From: Lingula anatina
Lineage: Eukaryota; Animalia; Brachiopoda
Length of the DNA: 64,000 bases
Direction of reading: 5' to 3'
Assembly (NCBI GenBank): GCA_051362555.1
Contig: CM120644.1
Coordinates: forward strand, 13,910,567 to 13,974,566
Shown here piece by piece: positions 55,213-64,000 of this stretch. The notes beneath the pieces are model-generated. The model searched no databases. It saw only the letters and a program-made list of their open reading frames with translations, and was not told the DNA's origin. Each line of letters begins with the position of its first letter. Within the stretch, counting starts at the first letter, position 1. Made by a program: the position numbers and the translations under genes.

Positions 55213-57416
55213 ATACATTTCCATACATATTTTTATATTAAATATTAATCAATTAATAAATGAATTAAAAGATACAAAACTTAAAATATAAATAATACAT
55301 AAATGTACGTTTTTCAGACTCTTTCAACTGTAATAACCCTGAATTTACCAGCAGGTATTGATTAGAGAAACTGTAATATGAATTCTGGGGTACACACACA
55401 CTCGCCAATTTAGCCAAATGCTAAAACTGACTCAAGTTGCCTAAACAAAAAATGATTGAAATGACTTGTTTCAGTCAAATTTACAGCATTTGGAGAAAAA
55501 AGGATGAAAAAGTGGTGATTTGGCTAAGAGAAAAAAATTGCCAGCGCTAACCCAGGAATTGTAACTTTAACCCTGCCCTCCTCCTCTGGATCCCATGTGT
55601 CATAGATCTCACCTATGACGCTGTACATTGCGTACAAGTACCATCAACAATCTTGTCATCACAGCATTAATGTACACTGACTATTGTATGTTATTTTAAG
55701 CTACATAGACATGGTCAATAAAAGCACATAGCATTGTGTGCATGGATCGATACATTCCATTATGCATCACTGTCTACTTGTATAGAAAAATAGGCTGATG
55801 TATTTGCATCTAGACTATATAAAGAACAAGTATCAATTAAGGCATCCATGCTGATTGATGTAGTTGCAACAATTGTTCTGGATCATTCTTCAAATAAGTC
55901 ATTATGATACTGTATCATGTCTCCAGCATAAAAAAGACAAATGCACTGCATTAATTTTTGTTTTCTCTGACGTAACATGCTGCAAAAGCATTTCCAGACA
56001 ACATTTCCAGGGGCCTGTAGCTGTTTTATATACTAGTATGTTAGCCCAAAAATGGGCCCAATAACATAAACACCATTTTTTAAATCATTTTGATCCAAGA
56101 TAAATCAGATGCAGTCCTATTAAATAATAATAATAATAACAATAATAATGAACTGCACGTTTCATTACAATGAATATGTTGCTAATGCATCAGAAATAAT
56201 ACTTGATTTAAGGGGATTACTATGGATTTATTTGGCCTTGAAATACACAGCCATGAGTCTCTGTGATAAAAATATCTCAACATTAATTGTGAGACCACCT
56301 TCTTGATTTTTTCTCTCCTCTTAATCCCCTTTAGCAAAACTTATCAGTGAAAATCTATTGAAGGTCAATGAAAAAATGTAGTTTTTCTAAGGCCATATGG
56401 ATGAAGGAGATGATAGATTTCTTCTATGTTTCATATTACTAGTGCGTGGGTAGTGGGGGAGGGGGGTAATCAATGAACAAGTTTGCTTGCTGCCATGCAT
56501 TTTCTTCAAAGACGCTAAAAACATTGATCTAAGACTTCATTTATTGACTAAAGCTGCTCTTGTGTAGACGTACCATTATTAACCTTGAGATGTGCTAAAG
56601 CAACCTGCTAATATTAGAATCAATCTGATCAATGGAGAATAATTGTCTGTAGACCACACCTTGTACTACATAGTACAGTACTATTAGCACATGTAGTATC
56701 TAACAATTTGCAAGAAAGAAAAAAAAAGATTAATGAAACCTTCACACAGCTAAATTCCTAAGGCATTGGATAATTTGAAAAGTGAAACCAGAATATTAAG
56801 TCTGACTTGCATATCAACATGGCTTCTTTGCAATTCAAACCAGTGCATGCCACAAATATAGGCATTCAATATTACACATGAATTTTACACTCTGGAATGC
56901 AAAATAACATCGAAAATCAATTTACCACTGTCCTGTCCTAAGCCTCTGGAGCCTCTGGGTGGTTCTGTCAGGGTTAAACCCGAAAAATAACGTCCCTATT
57001 TTTCTCCCAGAGAGTTGAATATAATTTCCTGGCTAAAAACACAGAATGAGTCAGATCCTCCATGTACTGCAGACCTAGCTACCAGTATGATAATTTTCGT
57101 CTGACTCACTGTACAGACCTAGCTTTTCCTCCGCATATATCAAATATATGAAGCACCCTCTTGGAAAATCTTTCATTGAAAATAATGAATAGCAGGACTG
57201 GCGAAGGCCAATCAATAGATCTATCATTTCCAAAGGGAAATATTGTGATTTTCATTTGATTCCCAGAAAGGGGGAAGTTCCATTCATTACATTCCATTCA
57301 CGGATAGTTAATTGTGGGTTACAAACATACATGAGGGAAGAACACAGATGAGAAATGATGAGAAACAGACTGGTGCCTAGATTTGTAATGATGGTATGAA
57401 ATTAAGGTATCTGAGT

Positions 57417-57740
57417 AGACTGACAGACAGACAGACAGTCAGACAGGTGACAGACAGCTGACACATAAACAGGAAATGGACAGAAAGACAGACAGGCAGA
57501 CAAACAGACAGACGGGCAGGCAGACAGACAGACAAACAGTCAGGTGACTGTCAGCTGACACATAAACAGGCAATGGACAGAAAGGCAGACAGACAGACAG
57601 ACAGACAGGTGACAAAGAGGTGACATACGTACAGACATACATACATACATACAAACATACATACATACAGCACATAGAAACACACATAGAGACATGCGTA
57701 CATACATGTATCTGACAGAAAGAGAGACAGACAGGCAAGT
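57417..57740. repeat. Compound (GACA)n/(TACA)n microsatellite
   Basis: Runs of gacagacagaca and catacatacata with a short internal duplication. Confidence 0.85.
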
Positions 57741-58036
57741 AAAACAGGCAGATATGGATGAATAAAAAGAGATAGATATATCTATAGAAAGTACTTATAA
57801 GAAGGTGGCAAAGCTAGGACATCCAAATAAAAAAATCAGTATCCATATCATAACCATTACAATGAAATTATAATACATGTAGTAATTTTGACATGGGGAA
57901 TCCATAAGAGAAACATATTTGCCTTCAATATTGCATACATCACGTACGTTGAGTAACCAGAGCATGACCTTTCCCTGGTAATGCAGTCAATAAAAAAATA
58001 TTCATACTTCATGACGCACAGCACATACTAGCACAG

Positions 58037-58217
58037 CAGGCCCAAAGCCAGCAATTTCAAATGGGGGGGGTTCTTTTTCTGAAAAAGTGGACCTTTTACC
58101 ATAAAATTGTCATGTACCTAGATCAAAATTTACCCAAAGGGGACCTTCTATCAGTAGAAAGGGCGTTTTTTTCAACCTACCCTCCCCCATCCCCGAACCC
58201 CCCTGGCTGTGGGCCTG
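58037..58217. mobile_element. MITE family with CAGGCCC..AGCCAG-type TIRs
   Basis: CAGGCCCAAAGCCAG...CTGGCTGTGGGCCTG. The internal sequence ttctttttctgaaaaagtggaccttttac..tagatcaaaatttaccca is shared with 62279-62466 and with a partial copy at ~45424-45529. Confidence 0.7.
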
Positions 58218-58608
58218 TAGAGAAACCTCTCCATCATTGAGTCACTAATATAATTATTTATTTAGATCACCCTCCTAATCTTGAGATAAAACTGAAACAC
58301 CAATGGATATATATATAATTATAACACATACATTTATTTGGGGGTTACAGCTCCATACACAAACACACACACATTTTTTATATTAACAATTATTTTCTCC
58401 ACTATTATTATTTTATTATTTGAACTTATTTTGTTTTATTTATCTATTTTTGTGATGAATGAAATGAGTAAATATTTTAAGGCCATTTAACATGCAGAAT
58501 CAAAAGAAAAACAACAGAAAAACAACAAAGACAGAAAATAAAGTAATAATTAAAATTAAAATAAAATGATTTTAATCTATCATCCTCTGCTAGACAAACC
58601 TGTGCAGC

Positions 58609-58655
<47 letters not shown>

Positions 58656-59069
58656 CAATATACCAAACGAGACACAAAGATCATCCAGGCATAATATAAC
58701 AGACAACGCCCACTGTAATATTCTGGACAAGTGATAGCTTCCAAACAGGAATTTCCAATCAATAGTCTATTACTGATTACAAAGATTAAATGATGAGATA
58801 TTGAGTGATTTTTCCTATTAATTACATGACAACCACGTCACTGTACTCTGAAAAGGATATTAAATCTGCAGAGACGGAAGAAAAGGATACATCTTGTGAG
58901 ATACATGTGGCTGATTTAATTTCCCCAGTGTTCTTGTTTTATTGTCCATTAGATGTATTTTCACTATAAATTTGCCTTGAAATTAAATAATATTACACAT
59001 AACTGCTCATATACTAATATGTACTAATGCTTGGTTTGCCTTTTTATATTCTCTTAATTTTGGCAACGG

Positions 59070-59950
59070 ACAACTTCAAATTATTTTCGCTGTAAGGATT
59101 TTAAATCTTCTTATTGTCCAGTAGGTCAGTGTGATTTTTATCTTTTCAGCATATATGTATAATGGAAGTCCAACCTCTGCCCAAACAATTACATAGTTAC
59201 TGTACATGAAAATACAACAAATCAACATAACAAAAAGCTTAGACAAAACCAAGTTCATTAAAAGGGGACAAAAAACTATTAGGTTACAATATTCCCATTT
59301 TGTTCATCTCTGAATCAACAATGACCATAATGGCTATAATAGCTGCAATTGATGAGTGTAAACACTGAATGACTTTTGATAATAGATGGCTTCAAATTTT
59401 TTGCCACAACGATTTAAACCCTCATATCTTTCTGTCAGTTGGCCATTGTAATTTATACCTGTTTGGCATACATATATAATGGAAGTCCAACCTCTGCCCA
59501 AACAATTGCATAGTTACTGTAAGTGAAAATACAACAAATCAATAGACAAAACATTAGACAAAGGCAAGTTAATTGAAAGTTTTCTAAGAACAAATATAAG
59601 GTTACAATATCCCCATTTTGTTCATCTCTGAATGAGCAATGATAATAATGGCTATAATAGCTGCAAGTGGTGAGGGTAAACACTGAACGACTTTTGATCA
59701 TGGACAGCTTCAAATTTTTTGCTGTACTACATAACAATTTCAGCCTTCATATCTTTCAGTCAGTTGACCAATGTAATTTATACCTGTTTGGCATACATAT
59801 ATAATGGCATATTTACTGTAAGTGAAAATACAACAAATCAATATAACAAAAACCTAAGACAAAACCAAGTTAATTGACAGCGGACTAAGAACAAATATAA
59901 GGTTACAGTATTCCCTATTTATTCATCTGTGAATCAAAAGTGATTTAAAT
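59070..59950. repeat. Diverged tandem repeat, ~320-bp unit, ~2.7 copies
   Basis: gcata(t/c)at(g/a)tataatgg recurs at ~59148, ~59466 and ~59791, with shared downstream blocks (gaaaatacaacaaatcaa, aggttacaatat, ttcatctctgaat). Confidence 0.8.
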
Positions 59951-62278
59951 GACTTAAAGAGTGGTGTATGTTAAAAATGTTGATTTTTAAGTTTCAGTCT
60001 CTGTGAATCATCTTCTCAAGTCACTCTACTTAATATGTATCTTCAAACATTTTGTTTTTTTTTGGGGGGGGGGGGCTAAAAAACTTTTTTAAAAATACTT
60101 ACAATCAGGGCAGATACATTCCATATAAATCTTCATTTTCAGACTAGAAAATGGATTTGTACTATAATTTGAACATTTGGGTAAAAGTGATGTTCATATC
60201 AAGTTCAGTTATTACAAAAAAAAAAAAAAAAAAAAAATGGTGCTGTCTTCTAATGCAATCCCTAACTTATGGGCATATCATATAATAGCACTACTTTTGT
60301 CTTGTCCTCCTCATCAAACTTCACAGACTTTTCCCCCATCCAAATGCTCAATTTTTTCACAAATATTTCCCTTCATTTGAACTAAACTGTCTACTCCTCA
60401 TGAGGGTGTCTGCTCTAAGAGAGTACACTCAAAACGGCCATCTTGTTACTACAACAAGCTGTTGCCACAGTGACTGCTCAGTGGACATTGTGTCACAGTC
60501 AAATATTAGCTAGATGAAGTGTGCAAGCTGGACACTTGAGCAGCTGGTAATCTGTTGTTAGAGGACTCCCTCACGATCCAACCAGTTGAGCACTGACTTA
60601 GTTCACGTATTCCTTCTGAGAAGACAGATATCATTGCAGTTGTGGGTATATTGGAAAGAAGTCACTTGCTTCAAATTGAAAGATGAAGGTAAGGCACTAT
60701 TTATCATACTTATTTAAATAGCATTATACCAGAATTGTTTCATTTTGTAAAAAAATAAAAATAAATAAAATAATAAATAAAATAAATAAATGAAAAACAA
60801 TTAATTGGAAAAAAAATTTGAACTCGATTAAAAGAAATTGTTTCTTCAGCTTGATAGAATTGCCTTGACATTTTTTTTAAACAGAACATAATGATGTGGA
60901 AAAAATTCACAGGGTCTTAGGCAAAACTATTACATAAGCATTTGTCTGAAAGTTTTTTAATATAACATTTTTATGTTAATATCAAGAGACAGGCTATTTT
61001 CAATAAATACATCATGAATTCACTTGTGTATTAATTGTACATAATTTTGCATGAAGCTTCTGTCTACTACTACTAATTATATTAAGTGTTATATAATTGT
61101 CATATAATTGTTATTATAAAGTACAACCAATGCTTACTGTGTTTCTGAGAATGGCTCTTTTGCTTTGTGTCAGCATCATGAATACACTGTTATGCTACTA
61201 AGTAACGACACAAAGGAATGAGAGAAAAATTACCAAAAACAAAACACTAACCATTAACAAACTGATAGCAAAAATAGATAAAAAATACTGATTATTAATG
61301 CTTGAAACATGTTCAACTATGAAAAATGATGGTTGTATCTAAGAGGTATCAATTAAGTGTCTTCAAGTTACAATTCAAGTACCAAATGCTTGAAAACAAT
61401 GATTGCTAATTAGCTTGGCTACAGAAAAGTGATTTTTTTATGTATAAGCATCACTTGGTCAATTTAACTGATATAGATAAAACTCACGATTATCTTAAAT
61501 ATATTAATAGACCAGGCGGAATATGCTATTGTTACTAGGCAAAATGTGAAGCAAACTATAAACATAACATAGTATCTGTTTATGGCCCAATGCAAATATA
61601 TTTATGTATATGATAGAGTAAAAAGGAGGGACCCTGTCTAGCTTGCCCCCATAGATAACCTAAAAATGTCTTTCTTGCTTGATTAATTTCTGACTAAAGT
61701 GCGGAGACAAGCAATACGTCCAAACCCCCACCACTCCTCCCCCACCATCCAATTGTTTATATCATCGCCTTGACAGCAGTAAACAAAATATTGACTCTAT
61801 AGAACTGATTACCCCTGGTGTTCATCCTTACTACAAACACAAAGCAACAGTGTCAATATTATGTATCCAGAAGTCACTTACTTCTGCTGCTTATAATGGA
61901 ACAGCAGCCAAATATTTAATTAGTTGATTACAATTATAGTGGGGAGGGGAGGGGGGGGGGGGCAGGTAGCTTAGAACACCTGCTATTGATTTCTGAAAAG
62001 TGCCTCTCCTACCCCCCTCAAAAATAAATAAATAAATAAATAAGTAGCAAAAAAACGAGAGAGTACATACTCCTCTGAAAACATGTACAGTCCTCTGTAA
62101 AAGTGAAAATATAAATAATGTTAAAATCATATAATGTATAATTATCAAAAAAATATATAAATATATTTTGTGGGACCTGGGTTCAGTTAAAAACTGTAAT
62201 CTATACTTTTTGAATATATCCCTCTACTTGGCATTTTATGAAAATTTATCAGACTTTGGAAAGAACTATATCCAGATA

Positions 62279-62466
62279 CAGGCAAGTAGGAAGCAATTTC
62301 TAAAAGGGGGTTCTTTTTCTGAAAAAGTAGACCTTTTACATTAAAACCTCTGTGTACCTTGATCAAATTTTACCCAGAATGGACCTTTTCCTGACCAAAA
62401 GGGGTGGTTCTTTTGACCTCCCCCCACCCCCCCAAACCATACCCCCCACTCCCAGCTATGGGCCTG
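62279..62466. mobile_element. Second copy of the CAGGCCC-type MITE
   Basis: Same internal sequence as 58037-58217, flanked by AGATA direct repeats (5-bp TSD). Confidence 0.7.
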
Positions 62467-64000
62467 AGATATCTCATCTTATAATCAACAAACAGAAAAA
62501 CCAACCTCAATGATGAAAAAAAATCCTTCATTGGCAAAGGTACAAAATACATGTTGCAGTACATGAAAATGTAAGAAATACAAGTTCACTATTTTGACAG
62601 TAAAACTGAATTCACACTTTTGGGTGGGAAACGGATATTTCGAACCCTATACCTGGAAAGTATTGACTGAATCTTACTAACAATACCACATTGGATCTTA
62701 TCCAAACACTGGATAGAATGGTATAGTTTTGGGACATATTCAGTGTGCATATATAGTTACATGTATGCCCCTAACAACAGTAAACACAAGACAACAAAGA
62801 ATGACACAAGTCTCTACTTGTTGCTTTCATATCTATATATGTCTATCCAAAAATGTCAACTGAAAATCATATTTGCCCATCTTATTTGTAAATCAAGTTA
62901 ATGAAGATGAAGTACTTTTCAATTGTAAAATTTAATATGTACACTAATTATTCTAGTACTTGAGGAAAGAAAAAAAAAAAGAAAACTTAGTATTTAAGAT
63001 TAAAGGGACATATAATTTCCAACTTTCAATTAAATGCACCTGCTAGAAAAATAAATAGAAGTCACAGAACAGATTGCAGCCTAACATTTTCTTATTTGTT
63101 CAACTGTCCAAATACATAGAAAAAAATATATATACATACCAAAGTGAATATTTGCAAAGTGCTCACAGAAATTCATCAAATAATGCTCTTTCTAGGGTGA
63201 CCTGTGAAAAAAAAATGATAAGACCCAAATTAAGCTACTACTAGTAAATAGAATTGTTACATTAGTAGTGGAAGCCTGAAATGGATGATTTAAGATAAAA
63301 CATGATTGACCAAATTTATGTGTCTAGTTTGTGAATACCACGTGAGTAAAACGGGTTGTAAGTTTGCCATTTATGGTGTTATCAAGGAAAGTGCGCAGGG
63401 ATTACAGTGATAGCGAAGACAGACAAGGATTACAACCATGTGTTTACACATGTTAAGTCTGTCTATAAAAACGGTCCATATATTTTGACAAAGCTATAAT
63501 ATTGTACCTTTGTGCAGTGCTCAACAAATTGTTGAAAAACACACTTTGGGATCATAGCTCAGAGGCAACAGTTACTAAATACAAATTTTTTCTACAAATA
63601 TCTTTTGTCCTTGTGAGTAGAAAATACCCATCAGTACACAATGGCTCACTTGCTCTGCTTTTGTTGAAAAAAAGTAGAAAGAAAACATGTCACTAAATGT
63701 GTTTCATACATTTTACCCTCTTGCAAAGATGCCCCGATTCTGACTCAGTGTTCAACTTTCAGAGGTGCGCAGCATATTTTTATATTTTACAGTTGTTTTT
63801 TTCCTGTCAGTACCAGTTCAACAGCACTCACTCTTTCAATGCAGTTCCCAACATACTAGTACACTATCAATACTGTTATGATATTTAAATTAATTCCCAA
63901 GCCAATAATAACAATAATGTAATCTATGGAGTGTATAAACATATATTTTAAACTGCTTGGCAATGGATCATTTATTCCCTGGAAAATTAACCTCAGGCAT

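Overview
AT-rich eukaryotic (invertebrate animal) genomic DNA with spliced genes, not a prokaryotic locus. Six protein-coding genes are supported. (1) CCDC93 (minus strand, 12 coding exons from 26692 to 13134; the 3' part apparently lies left of the window). (2) An intronless UDP-glycosyltransferase nested on the same strand in the CCDC93 intron. (3) INSIG (plus, 35577-38326), head-to-head with CCDC93 across a compact SRE/CCAAT/E-box promoter and carrying a U12-type intron. (4) An unrecognised 212-aa single-pass membrane protein. (5) Wolframin/WFS1 (minus). (6) A secernin (minus). Non-coding DNA is dominated by non-autonomous Helentron-associated (HINE/DINE-1-like) elements of three families, plus MITEs, minisatellites and microsatellites. 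The most notable observations are: an inverted pair of ~2 kb HINEs tightly bracketing CCDC93 exons 8-9 (candidate circRNA/dsRNA); CCDC93-INSIG microsynteny shared with human 2q14; and a hairpin element in a secernin intron whose mismatches are repeatedly tandem G.A pairs (CGAG/CGAG), suggesting a strand-specific single-stranded fold. Exon coordinates were read by eye and no database searches were run.
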